From positions 1,240,001 through 1,304,000 of the forward strand of contig NW_027361974.1 in the NCBI RefSeq assembly GCF_039654945.1: a stretch of 64,000 bases of DNA, given 5' to 3'. The DNA is from Dendrobates tinctorius (lineage: Eukaryota). Below are positions 49,222-62,500 of the stretch, piece after piece. The translations under genes were made by a program, and so were the position numbers. Every line of letters begins with the position of its first letter. Within the stretch, counting starts at the first letter, position 1. Under the pieces are notes generated by a model. That model did not search any database and had not been told where the DNA came from. It saw only the letters and a list, made by a program, of their open reading frames with translations.

Positions 49222-52200
49222 TTACTGGTGCGCACACTGAACGCCGGGGCCGTGGTGGCTGGTCTCGTCATCTGAGCTGTCGTTGTACGCCTCGCGCCTC
49301 TGTCCTCCTGCTGAGCCACGGGTGCTGTCAAATTCTTGAAGGTCTACCTCCTCTGTCTCTCCGGTCACGTTGGTAGTTTCTGGTCTGGCTGGAAGCAGAT
49401 CTTCAAGTTCCTGTAAGTAAAGAGAAATTTCGATGAACTACATGTATAGATCTGTGGACACCACTGAATCCCAACTGCACTGCGATCTCGGTATAACTCA
49501 ATCCTTGAAGGGCTATTCTCAAAATAATGACTTCCTAAGGCTGGTTTCACACTTGCGTTTTTTTTCGCGGTATTTTAGCGCTAAATAGCGCATGCGTTTT
49601 TTTTTCCCTATACTTTGCATGGGATGCGCTTATGTGCGCATACACATGCGTTTGTACACGTTTTTCCGCGCATGCGTTTTTTTGCGGTATGCGCTCGGGC
49701 GCACAAAATGCATCCTGTTGCATTTTTTGGGCGTCCGACTTGCCTCAAAAAAACGCATGAGCGCGCAATGCGTTTTTTTTACAGCAAGACACCCATTTTA
49801 AGTCTATGGGTGAGCATAGGCATGCTTATGTATGCGTTTTTTTGCGAATGCGTTTTTTTTTTACCATTAGTTGGACAAGGGAATTTAGGGGTTTGGGTTA
49901 GTTAAGGGGGTTTAGGGTTAGGGTTAGCTAGGGTTTAGGGTTAGTATGGTTTGGTTAAGGGTTAGGGTCAGGGTCAGTAAAGTCATGGTTTGGGTTAGTG
50001 TGAGGGGCCACCTAATGTTGGAAAAAACGCAACCGCGGTAAAAACGCACTAAAAACGCATACAAACGCATAAAAACGCTGCGTTTTTTTCATGCATGCTC
50101 AAAAATGCTTGAAAAAAAACACAGGATTTGTATGCGTTTGTTCAATGCGTTTTTTTGTGGGAAAAACGCGCTGCAAAAAAAAGCAAGTGTGAAATTAGCC
50201 TAACTTCTAGGAACTCCTGCCTTCCTTCATAAAAGTAGTGAGTGCATGTGCCCAACCTCTGCTCTGTCTGGCAGTCCCATAGATCAAGCGAGCACACCTC
50301 TGCTCTGCTTCTTCCGTCAGTCCCGTAGATCGAGCGTGCACACCTCCGACCTTAAAAGGAGTGATTGCATGCGCTCGACCATTGCTCTGCCTGCCAGTCC
50401 CATAGATCGAGTGTAGACAACTCCAACCTCTGAATCGAACGGCAGTCCCATAGATCGAGCGTGCACCCTCCAACCTTAAAAGGGGTGAGTGCATGCGCTC
50501 GACCTCTGCTCTGCCGGCCAGTCCCATAGATCGAGTGTAGACAACTCCAACCTCTGAATCGAACGGCAGTTCCGTAGATCAAGCGTGCACACCTCTTACC
50601 TCTGCGTCGGCCAGGAGTCCCATAGATCGAGCATGCACACCTCCGACCTCTGCCACGGCCTTCTTAAAAGAAGTGAGTGCATGTGCTCGACCACTGCCTG
50701 TCTGGCAGTCCTACAGATCAAGTGTACAAAACTCCAACCTCTGCGTCGGCCAGCAATCCCATAGATAAAGCATGCACAGCTCCAACGTCATCTCTGTGTC
50801 GGCCGACAAGTCCCGTAGATCCCGTGCGCACACCTCTAACCTCCCAGCAGTCCCATAGATTGGAGCTGTGCATGCTCAACCTCTACTCCTTCTGGCAGTC
50901 CCATAAATCAAGCGTGCACATCTCCACTCCATTAATAGGGAATCTGGTTCCTCCATTTAATAGCCGCATTCTCAGGCTCTCCAATGGTCCGACCCCCAGC
51001 AATCAGTTCCATTTTAGGAATACCCCTATAGACCCGATGACCACAATAGTAAGCAATAAGTTATAACCTGATTGATGGTCCTGGACCCTGTAGATGTAAA
51101 AGTCTGACAATTATTTCAGACTCACCGTGAGTTTTTCTGGGTTAATCCAATTGTTTTCTGGAAATTGGACGTCGAATTTTATGAAGAGGTCGCCTTTTTC
51201 AAAAGGATTGCGGTACTGTGGCATGCCCTCACCCCGAACGACACGAACCGACCCTGGGAAAGAAAAAAAAAAAACAAAACACAAAGAGTTGTTAATTAAG
51301 CTAAAGAGTGCGAGCATTGCAAGGCCTGACCGTACGATCATTACCTGGCTCGATGACTTTTCCTGGAGGATATTTGACGACGATCTGACGTGCATCGAGG
51401 TGCTTGAAGGTGAACTGAAATCCACACAAAGCCTCGACAAGGCCGATCTTGTGCGTCATGTGCAGGTCGTTGCCGTCTCTCTGAAAAGACTGCGGACGAC
51501 AGCGGTGGTTAATTTATCTGTAGGGCTGCGTAAGGAGTTTACGGGGGCAGAGAGCGCTCCACTTATGTAGACACTGGTACGAGGGTGGCATGACGATGAA
51601 GATCAAAGTGTGATAACTAGTGATGAGCAAATGTGCTTGAAAATTATGTTTGAGTCCCCGCACCTGCATGTCTCGTGGCTGTTCAACAGCTGCAACACAT
51701 TCAGGGATTACCTAACAAACATGCAACCGCTGCATGTATTGCAGCAGTCGAACAGCCACAAGACATGCAGCCGCAGGGACTCGAACATATTTTTCAAGCA
51801 CGCTGAAGACTCTTGGTTAGCACCAGAGCATGCTCAGAGAACACATTCACTCATCACTAGTGATAACTAAAGCAGTACAGAGTATTTCAGGAAAGACCCA
51901 TGTAGTATTTGTGGCCGTCGACGTCTCTTACCTCATGCTCTTTCTCTTGCAGGACCAGGACAATGTCGCCCGGCTCTACACCAGGGGCCTGATCGGCTTC
52001 TCCGGTGAATGTGATTTTCTGCCCGTGCTTCATGCCTTTATCAACGTGAACTTCCAGAATTTTCACTTCTTTGATAACTTTTTTGCCCTCACATTTTTTA
52101 CAGCGGTCTTTTTCATTAATTACTTCCCCTGAAATTAAAAAAAATAATATATATGATGCATAGAAGACACAAATCCAGTGCAAAATAAATGTAAAAGGCA

Positions 52201-55200
52201 CAACTAGGGGCAAAGACCTGCCTTATAATGATGTATGTAATAAAGTGCACGGACATGTGGCAGAGGTTGTGACTACTTTATGGCCAAGGGGTCACTGGGA
52301 CCAGACAGGACCCTCTGCATTAACCCTTTCCTTACCTTCCCCGTTACAGTCGGAGCAGACGGACTGCATCTGCTGCACCATGCCCGGAGCCAGCTGTCTG
52401 ATCATGATACGCACGCCCCGGCCTCTGCAAGCTGAACACTTCTGAACCGCTCCGGTCTTCCCACCTTGTCTGAAGAAAGAAATGACTTGCGGTGAGTAAG
52501 GAAACACTGAAACGAACCCTCTGCGATGAAAAGTATCCGGACAGTACAGGTTTCCCACCCCTGGATGTTAATGTGTATGTTTCCCCCCACTCAAACACAG
52601 TAAGCAGATTGTGAAAAACATTTACAAGAAACTGAATAAAGTATATTAGAGAAGCTGCAGAACTTTGCTCTGTTCACACCAGGTTATTCTGTATGAGACA
52701 TGGAAAAGCGAGAACCTGGAGGGGAGCGGAGGGACGGACTCACCCGTTACAGGAGCTGCACAGCACGTTCTTGCTGAGCTGAAGTTTGGTGGTCTTTCCG
52801 TTGTATAAATCTTCTAATGATACCCTAGAAAGGCGATTACATAAGAATGCAAAAGTCCTGGTTATCACAATACTGTTACGTAGACGGACGGGGGTCCGGG
52901 GCGGCCACGTGAAAGGATGGGGGTCCGGCACATCACAGGGCAGTCACAAAAGGGACGGAAGTCTACTGTATCACAGGGCGGACACGAAAAAGGACGGGAG
53001 GCTAGTGTATCACAGGGCGGTCATATAAGCAGACAGGGCCCGACGCGTTTCCATTCACACTGGCACTCACTTTAGAGGGTGCATCATGTCTTCTCCTCTC
53101 CGTCTTCCGTTGCGACTTCGATTCTGTCCACCCATGAAACCGAAGAGACCACCTCCGAAAATGTGTGAGAATATGTCATCCATGCCGCCACCTCCGCTTC
53201 CTTCCCGCAGGCCCTGCTCCCCATATCGGTCGTACAGCTCTCGCTTCTCTGGATTGGACAAGACTTCATAGGCAAAGCTGATTTCCTTGAACTGTAAATC
53301 AAAGCGGAAGCGTGAAGCCGAAATCTGCCCTCCTCCCCTCCAAAACCAGGACTAGAGTCATTTACACCCCCAGGTAGTGATCACGAGACATCCGGATGGA
53401 GTCTCCATGGCTAAATGTGAATCGGAGGCTTCACAGATGCAGCAATCTTTTTGTACTTTAGTTCTATAACGATGTTGCAGTCACTGACAGCAAGCAGGTA
53501 TATTAATATATTACAGCAAAGCTGCCAACAGTCTCACATTACAGAGAGAAATCAGTAGGGACCAACTGCAAGGACGAAGGAGGGCGACGTACGGCTGCGG
53601 GAACATACAATGGGGGTCCCTGCTCATACAGGGAACCCAGGCCATGACCCGCCCAACGCGAACAGCGGCCACGTCACATCAGCAGCCGCCGGAGTCACTG
53701 CGGGGTCCTCTACTGCAGACAATCAAAAACAGCAAGGACCGACGCAGTTACCTTGTCTCCGGCATTGGGGTTCTTGTCAGGGTGATACTCCTTGGCCAGC
53801 TTGCGGTACGCCTGTATCAGAGAAAGATGAGATACACGGATTATTACCCAATGTATACAAAGCCACAGTGACCTGCAGATACGTGTAACCAGAGCGGACT
53901 CCTTTGGGGAGACTGCACCAACAGACTAGTGAGTGCAGCTCTGGAGTATAATACAGGATGTAACTCAGGATCAGTAATGTAATGTATGTACACAGTGACT
54001 GCACCAGCAGAACAGTGTGTGCAGCTCTGGGGTATAATACAGGATGTAACTCAGGATCAGTAATGTAATGTATGTACACAGTGACTGCACCAACAGAACA
54101 GTGTGTGCAGCTCTGGGGTATAATACAGGATGTAACTCAGGATCAGTAATGTAATGTATGTACACAGTGACTGCACCAACAGACTAGTGAGTGCAGCTCT
54201 GGAGTATAATACAGGATGTAACTCAGGATCAGTTATGTATGTACACAGTGACTGCACCAGCAGAATAGTGAGTGCAGCTCTGGAGTATAATACAGGATGT
54301 AACTCAGGATCAGTAATGTAATGTATGTACACAGTGACTGCACCAGCAGAATAGTGAGTGCAGCTCTGGGGTATAATACAGGATGTAACTCAGGATCAGT
54401 AATGTAATGTATGTACACAGTGACTGCACCAACAGACTAGTGAGTGCAGCTCTGGAGTATAATACAGGATGTAACTCAGGATCAGTAATGTAATGTATGT
54501 ACACAGTGACTGCACCAGCAGAATAGTGAGTGCAGCTCTGGAGTATAATACAGGATGTAACTCAGGATCAGTAATGTAATGTATGTACACAGTGACTGCA
54601 CCAGCAGAATAGTGAGTGCAGCTCTGGGGTATAATACAGGATGTAACTCAGGATCAGTAATGTAATGTATGTACACAGTGACTGCACCAACAGACTAGTG
54701 AGTGCAGCTCTGGAGTATAATACAGGATGTAACTCAGGATCAGTAATGTAATGTATGTACACAGTGACTGCACCAGCAGAATAGTGAGTGCAGCTCTGGA
54801 GTATAATACAGGATGTAACTCAGGATCAGTAATGTATGTACACAGTGACCGCACCAGCAGAATAGTGAGTGCAGCTCTGGGGTATAATACAGGATGCAAC
54901 TCACGATCAGTAATGTATGTACACCGTGACTGCACCAGCAGAATAGTGAGTGCAGCTCTGGAGTATAATACAGGATGTAACTCAGGATCAGTAATGTAAT
55001 GTATGTACACTGTGACTGCACCAACAGACTAGTGAGTGCAGCTCTGGAGTATAATACAGGATGTAACTCAGGATCAGTAATGTATGTACACAGTGACTGC
55101 ACCAGCAGAATAGTGAGTGCAGCTCTGGAGTATAATACAGGATGTATCAGGATCAGTAATGTAACTTATGTACACAGTGACTGCACCAGCAGAATAGTGA

Positions 55201-58200
55201 GTGCAGCTCTGGAGTATAATACAGGATGTAACTCAGGATCAGTAATGTATGTACACAGTGACCGCACCAGCAGAATAGTGAGTGCAGCTCTGGGGTATAA
55301 TACAGGATGCAACTCACGATCAGTAATGTATGTACACAGTGACTGCACCAACAGACTAGTGAGTGCAGCTCTGGAGTATAATACAGGATGTAACTCAGGA
55401 TCAGTAATGTATGTACACAGTGACTGCACCAGCAGAATAGTGAGTGCAGCTCTGGAGTATAATACAGGATGTATCAGGATCAGTAATGTAATGTATGTAC
55501 ACAGTGACTGCACCAGCAGAATAGCGAGTGCAGCTCTGGGGTATAATACAGGATGCAACTCAGGATCAGTAATGTAATGTATGTACACAGTGACTGCACC
55601 AGCAGAATAGTGAGTGCAGCTCTGGAGTATAATACAGGATGTAACTCAGGATCAGTAATGTATGTACACAGTGACCGCACCAGCAGAATAGTGAGTGCAG
55701 CTCTGGGGTATAATACAGGATGCAACTCACGATCAGTAATGTAATGTATGTACACAGTGACTGCACCAGCAGAATAGTGAGTGCAGCTCTGGAGTATAAT
55801 ACAGGATGTAACTCAGGATCAGTAATGTATGTACACAAGGACTGCACCAGCAGAATAGTGAGTGCAGCTCTGGAGTATAATACAGGATGTAACTCAGGAT
55901 CAGTAATGTAATGTATGTACACAGTGACTGCACCAGCAGAATAGTGCACAGTGGCTGAGCTGATTGTGTAGAGGACATCTACATAACTTCCAGTAGAGAG
56001 TGGGGTTCACCCCAGGGATATAGCACTGCATACAGCTCCTGGCTTAGCCGGCACCTCCGTGGGTATTTGCTATGTGACTCAGGCGCCATCATGCTGGATA
56101 CGTGACGATGAAAACAAATATCTTCACAATGTTCCCACATCAAACACTTATAATTACACAGATGAGTAACATCACGTGCCGCAGCCTCACAGGTCACCAC
56201 TGGACGTCCTTAATTACCAGCCGGTCTGTGTACAAAATGGTGCGCACATACCAATTATACCCTATTATTGTGCTATTTTTATTTTATAGGCTGTGAATTA
56301 ATTTAATGTCAAATCCTGGATCACAATTATAAATAAGAAAATAAAAAGAGTCCCGAAGGTTCAGACACACAGCATAAATGTCAAAGGCAAAAATGGGGTA
56401 TAATTAGGAACCGACAGATGCAGCTAAATCCCTGCAGAGCTCGCGGCCAGCGCTGACATCATGGAGTTTCCTTCCTGCTGACGTCACTGTCTTATTCCCA
56501 GGTGAGCAGCAACCAGAGAACGGCAGATGCTAATGATGACGCCGCTAATGAGGACGCTGTCATCGGTGATGTCAGAACATATTTAAGGAACAGGCACGAA
56601 TAACCAACCGGGGGGGGGGGGGGGGGGTATTAGCAGGTAAGACCCCAGTGCAGGGGACAATGTCAGAGGCAGGGCCCCAGTCCAGGAGGGAGGAATTTCG
56701 CAGATAGGGTCGCAGTCCAGGGAGGTACATTCTTAAGGGGGGGGGGGGGGGCCACAGGGCTGCAGTCCGGGGGGGGGGGGCACATCCTGGGGGAGCACTG
56801 GGCTGCAGTCCATGGGGGCACAAGGCCGCGGTCCAGGGGGTTGGCACATTCTGGGGGGGCATTGGGCCATGGTTTGGGTGGGCACGGAGGCCGCTCTCTG
56901 GTCTGAGGGCCGCGCTCTCTGGAGGACGCGCTCTGGGCCCCGGGGGACGCGCTCTGGGCCCAGCGCTCTCTGGGGGCCGCGCTCTCGGGGCCCCGGGGGA
57001 CGCTCTCTGGGGGCCGCGCTCTCTGGGGCCCGCTCTCTGGGGGGCCGCGCTCTCGGGGCCCGCTCTCTGGGGGGCCGCGCTCTCGGGGCCCGCTCTCTGG
57101 GGGGCCGCGCTCTCGGGGCCCGCTCTCTGGGGGGCCGCGCTCTCGGGGCCCGCTCTCTGGGGGGCCGCGCTCTCGGGGCCCGCTCTCTGGGGGGCCGCGC
57201 TCTCGGGGCCCGCTCTCTGGGGGGCCGCGCTCTCGGGGCCCGCTCTCTGGGGGGCCGCGCTCTCGGGGCCCGCTCTCTGGGGGGCCGCGCTCTCGGGGCC
57301 CGCTCTCTGGGGGGCCGCGCTCTCGGGGCCCGCTCTCTGGGGGGCCGCGCTCTCGGGGCCCGCTCTCTGGGGGGCCGCGCTCTCGGGGCCCGCTCTCTGG
57401 GGGGCCGCGCTCTCGGGGCCCGCTCTCTGGGGGGCCGCGCTCTCGGGGCCCGCTCTCTGGGGGGCCGCGCTCTCGGGGCCCGCTCTCTGGGGGGCCGCGC
57501 TCTCGGGGGACGCTCTCTGGAGGCCGCGCTCTCGGGGGACGCTCTCTGGAGGCCGCGCTCTCGGGGGACGCTCTCTGGAGGCCGCGCTCTCGGGGGACGC
57601 TCTCTGGAGGCCGCGCTCTCGGGGGACGCTCTCTGGAGGCCGCGCTCTCGGGGGACGCTCTCTGGAGGCCGCGCTCTCGGGGGACGCTCTCTGGAGGCCG
57701 CGCTCTCGGGGGACGCTCTCTGGAGGCCGCGCTCTCGGGGGACGCTCTCTGGAGGCCGGGGCCCCGGGGGACGCTCTCTGGAGGCCGGGGCCCCGGGGGA
57801 CGCTCTCTGGAGGCCGGGGCCCCGGGGGACGCTCTCTGGAGGCCGGGGCCCCGGGGGACGCTCTCTGGAGGCCGGGGCCCCGGGGGACGCTCTCTGGAGG
57901 CCGGGGCCCCGGGGGACGCTCTCTGGAGGCCGGGGCCCCGGGGGACGCTCTCTGGAGGCCGGGGCCCCGGGGGACGCTCTCTGGAGGCCGGGGCCCCGGG
58001 GGACGCTCTCTGGAGGCCGGGGCCCCGGGGGACGCTCTCTGGAGGCCGGGGCCCCGGGGGACGCTCTCTGGAGGCCGGGGCCCCGGGGGACGCTCTCTGG
58101 AGGCCGGGGCCCCGGGGGACGCTCTCTGGAGGCCGGGGCCCCGGGGGACGCTCTCTGGAGGCCGCGCTCTCGGGGCCCCGGGGGACGCTCTCTGGAGGCC

Positions 58201-59385
58201 GCGCTCTCGGGGCCCCGGGGGACGCTCTCTGGAGGCCGCGCTCTCGGGGCCCCGGGGGACGCTCTCTGGAGGCCGCGCTCTCGGGGCCCCGGGGGACGCT
58301 CTCTGGAGGCCGCGCTCTCGGGGCCCCGGGGGACGCTCTCTGGAGGCCGCGCTCTCGGGGCCCCGGGGGACGCTCTCTGGAGGCCGCGCTCTCGGGGCCC
58401 CGGGGGACGCTCTCTGGAGGCCGCGCTCTCGGGGCCCCGGGGGACGCTCTCTGGAGGCCGCGCTCTCGGGGCCCCGGGGGACGCTCTCTGGAGGCCGCGC
58501 TCTCGGGGCCCCGGGGGACGCTCTCTGGAGGCCGCGCTCTCGGGGCCCCGGGGGACGCTCTCTGGAGGCCGCGCTCTCGGGGCCCCGGGGGACGCTCTCT
58601 GGAGGCCGCGCTCTCGGGGCCCCGGGGGACGCTCTCTGGAGGCCGCGCTCTCGGGGCCCCGGGGGACGCTCTCTGGAGGCCGCGCTCTCGGGGCCCCGGG
58701 GGACGCTCTCTGGAGGCCGCGCTCTCGGGGCCCCGGGGGACGCTCTCTGGAGGCCGCGCTCTCGGGGCCCCGGGGGACGCTCTCTGGAGGCCGCGCTCTC
58801 GGGGCCCCGGGGGACGCTCTCTGGAGGCCGCGCTCTCGGGGCCCCGGGGGACGCTCTCTGGAGGCCGCGCTCTCGGGGCCCCGGGGGACGCTCTCTGGAG
58901 GCCGCGCTCTCGGGGCCCCGGGGGACGCTCTCTGGAGGCCGCGCTCTCGGGGCCCCGGGGGACGCTCTCTGGAGGCCGCGCTCTCGGCCCCGGGGGACGC
59001 TCTCTGGAGGCCGCGCTCTCGGCCCCGGGGGACGCTCTCTGGAGGCCGCGCTCTCGGCCCCGGGGGACGCTCTCTGGAGGCCGCGCTCTCGGCCCCGGGG
59101 CCGCCGTCTCCCCGCGCACAGGCCACAAGCCGCTGACTAATACCCGGGGAGGAGGAGGAGGAGCCGCGGCCTGCACTGACCCCGGAGCCCTCGTCCTCCC
59201 GGGCCCACTCCTCGCACACCCCCGGCGGCTCCTCTCGGCCTCTGCCCGCTCCCGTCCCCTCTCTCCGGCCGGCATGGCGGCCCCGTCCCCGCCGACCTCT
59301 CACTCACCTTCTTCAGCTCGTTCTCGCTGGCGCCAGGCTGCAGCCCGAGCAGGTCGTACAGTTTGGTGTCGGCGACGTTAGACAT
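49222..59385 (-). CDS. DNAJA2: DnaJ/Hsp40 homologue subfamily A member 2, 410 aa, 9 exons
   Basis: Exons 59385-59308, 53811-53752, 53291-53071, 52824-52744, 52469-52336, 52128-51932, 51489-51345, 51253-51126, 49410-49222 (1233 nt), all GT-AG. J domain with HPD, G/F region, four CxxCxG zinc-binding motifs, and C-terminal CaaX CAHQ. N-terminus [11 protein letters not shown] is DNAJA2-type. Confidence 0.97.
49539..50200. mobile_element. PIF/Harbinger-type MITE (662 bp) carrying a degenerate TTAGGG tract
   Basis: TAA target duplication on both sides. TIRs GGCTGGTTTCACACTTGC / GCAAGTGTGAAATTAGCC. Internal GCGTTTTT/AAAAACGC repeats. Confidence 0.85.
50225..50930. repeat. Degenerate mosaic tandem repeat (CAGTCCCATAGATCGAGCGTGCACACCTC...)
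   Basis: The core GTCCC(A/G)TAGATC recurs about 12 times at irregular spacing. Confidence 0.8.
51618..51859. mobile_element. hAT-type MITE, 242 bp
   Basis: Perfect 8-bp TSD GTGATAAC (51610-51617, 51860-51867). TIRs TAGTGATGAG / CTCATCACTA with internal inverted symmetry. Confidence 0.85.
53910..55945 (-). repeat. 81/86-bp satellite array (about 24 units) in DNAJA2 intron 1
   Basis: 86-bp periodicity is visible in the ORF track (54396, 54482, 54568, 54654). Confidence 0.97.
56885..59100. repeat. Compound, very GC- and CpG-rich minisatellite in DNAJA2 intron 1 (30-, 29-, 29-, 37- and 35-bp blocks)
   Basis: Five consecutive homogeneous blocks built from shared modules CGCTCTCTGG, GGCCGCGCTCTC and GGGGCCCC. 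Confidence 0.97.
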
Positions 59386-59590
59386 GGCCGGAGACTGCGA
59401 GCAGAGAGCGGGGACTGAGGAGAGAGACCCCGGGAACGAGGGAGAAGCGGCCGGAAACGACGAGCGGGACGTCACAGGACACGTGATGCGATTACGTCAC
59501 CGAAGCCCCGCCCACACTCACTGCGACTCCGAATACAGTATTCCCCCCAGTGACGTCTACACAGGCGGAGACCGGGACAGTCAGGGGCCC
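59386..59590 (-). promoter_or_regulatory. DNAJA2 5' UTR and proximal promoter
   Basis: CRE-like GACGTCA (about 59468), E-box CACGTG (about 59480), TTACGTCA (about 59492) and TGACGT (about 59551) just upstream of the ATG. Confidence 0.55.
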
Positions 59591-62500
59591 CAGAGACAAG
59601 GGACCCCAGAGACAGGGACCACCAGAAACAAGAGACCCCAGAGACAGGGACCATCAGAAACAAGAGACCCCAGAGACAGGGACCACCAGAAACAAGGCCC
59701 TCAGAGACAGGGACCATCAGAAACAAGAGACCCCAGAGACAGGGACCACCAGAAACAAGGCCCTCAGAGACAGGGACCATCAGAAACAAGAGACCCCAGA
59801 GACAGGGACCACCAGAAACAAGGCCCTCAGAGACAGGCACCATCAGAAACAAGAGACCCCAGAGACAGGGACCACCAGAAACAAGGGACCCCAGAGACAG
59901 GGACCACCAGAAACAAGGCCCTCAGAGACAGGGACCATCAGAAACAAGAGACCCCAGAGACAGGGACCACCAGAAACAAGGCCCTCAGAGACAGGCACCA
60001 TCAGAAACAAGAGACCCCAGAGACAGGGACCACCAGAAACAAGGGACCCCAGAGACAGGGACCACCAGAAACAAGGCCCTCAGAGACAGTGCCACCAGAA
60101 ACAAGAGACCCCAGAGACAGGGACCACCAGAAACAAGGCCCTCAGAGACAGTGCCACCAGAAACAAGGCCCTCAGAGACAGGGACCACCAGAAACAAGGC
60201 CCTCAGAGACAGGGACCATCAGAAACAAGAGACCCCAGAGACAGGGACCACCAGAAACAAGGCCCTCAGAGACAGGCACCATCAGAAACAAGAGACCCCA
60301 GAGACAGGGACCATCAGAAACAAGAGACCCCAGAGACAGGGACCACCAGAAACAAGAGACCCCAGAGACAGGGACCACCAGAAACAAGAGACCCCAGAGA
60401 CAGGGACCACCAGAAACAAGAGACCCCAGAGACAGGGACCACCAGAAACAAGAGACCCCAGAGACAGGGACCACCAGAAACGAGACCCCAGAGACAGGGA
60501 CCACCAGAAACAAGAGACCCCAGAGACAGGGACCACCAGAAACAAGAGACCCCAGAGACAGGGACCATCAGAAACAAGGGACCCCAGAGACAGGGACCAC
60601 CAGAAACAAGAGACCCCAGAGACAGGGACCACCAGAAACAAGGCCCTCAGAGACAGGGACCACCAGAAACAAGAGACCCCAGAGACAGGGACCACCAGAA
60701 ACAAGAGACCCCAGAGACAGGGACCACCAGAAACAAGAGACCCCAGAGACAGGGACCACCAGAAACAAGAGACCCCAGAGACAGGGACCACCAGAAAAAA
60801 GAGACCCCAGAGACAGTGCCACCAGAAACAAGGCCCTCAGAGACAGGGACCACCAGAAACAAGAGACCCCAGAGACAGGGACCACCAGAAAAAAGAGACC
60901 CCAGAGACAGGGACCACCAGAAACAAGAGACCCCAGAGACAGGGACCATCAGAAACAAGAGACCCCAGAGACAGTGCCACCAGAAACAAGAGACCCCAGA
61001 GACAGGGACCATCAGAAACAAGAGACCCCAGAGACAGGGACCACCAGAAACAAGAGACCCCAGAGACAGGGACCATCAGAAACAAGAGACCCCAGAGACA
61101 GTGCCACCAGAAACAAGAGACCCCAGAGACAGGGACCATCAGAAACAAGAGACCCCAGAGACAGGGACCACCAGAAACAAGAGACTCCAGAGACAGGGAC
61201 CATCAGAAACAAGAGACCCCAGAGACAGTGCCACCAGAAACAAGAGACCCCAGAGACAGGGACCATCAGAAACAAGAGACCCCAGAGACAGGGACCACCA
61301 GAAACAAGGCCCTCAGAGACAGGGACCACCAGAAACAAGAGACCCCAGAGACAGGGACCACCAGAAACAAGAGACCCCAGAGACAGGGACCATCAGAAAC
61401 AAGAGACCCCAGAGACAGTGCCACCAGAAACAAGAGACCCCAGAGACAGGGACCATCAGAAACAAGAGACCCCAGAGACAGGGACCACCAGAAAAAAGAG
61501 ACCCCAGAGACAGGGACCATCAGAAACAAGAGACCCCAGAGACAGGGACCACCAGAAACAAGGCCCTCAGAGACAGGGACCACCAGAAACAAGGCCCTCA
61601 GAGACAAGAGACCCCAGAGACAGGGACCACCAGAAACAAGGACCTCAGAGACAGGGACCATCAGAAACAAGGGACCCCAGAGACAGGGACCACCAGAAAC
61701 AAGAGACCCCAGAGACAGGGACCACCAGAAACAAGAGACCCCAGAGACAGGGACCATCAGAAACAAGAGACCCCAGAGACAGGGACCACCAGAAACAAGA
61801 GACCCCAGAGACAGGGACCACCAGAAACAAGAGACCCCAGAGACAGGGACCATCAGAAACAAGAGACCCCAGAGACAGGGACCACCAGAAACAAGAGGCA
61901 ACAGAGACAGGGACCACCAGAAACAAGAGGCAACAGAGACAGGGACCACCAGAAACAAGGGACCCCAGAGACAGGGACCACCAGAAACAAGGCCCTCAGA
62001 GACAGGGACCACCAGAAACAAGAGACCCCAGAGACAGGGACCATCAGAAACAAGGGACCCCAGAGACAGGGACCACCAGAAACAAGGCCCTCAGAGACAG
62101 GGACCACCAGAAACAAGAGACCCCAGAGACAGGGACCACCAGAAACAAGAGACCCCAGAGACAGGGACCACCAGAAACAAGAGACCCCAGAGACAAGAGA
62201 CCCCAGAGACAGTGCCACCAGAAACAAGGCCCTCAGAGACAGGGACCACCAGAAACAAGAGACCCCAGAAACAATGCCCTCAGAGACAGGGACCATCAGA
62301 AACAAGGCCCTCAGAGACAGGGACCACCAGAAACAAGAGACCCCAGAGACAGTGCCACCAGAAACAAGGCCCTCAGAGACAGGGACCATCAGAAACAAGA
62401 GACCCCAGAGACAGGGACCACCAGAAACAAGAGACCCCAGAGACAAGAGACCCCAGAGACAGTGCCACCAGAAACAAGCCTCTCAGAGACAGGGACCACC

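Noticed and set aside
56663-59303. 774-870-aa ORFs on both strands
   Set aside because: They are translations of a GC-rich intronic minisatellite that lacks stop codons.
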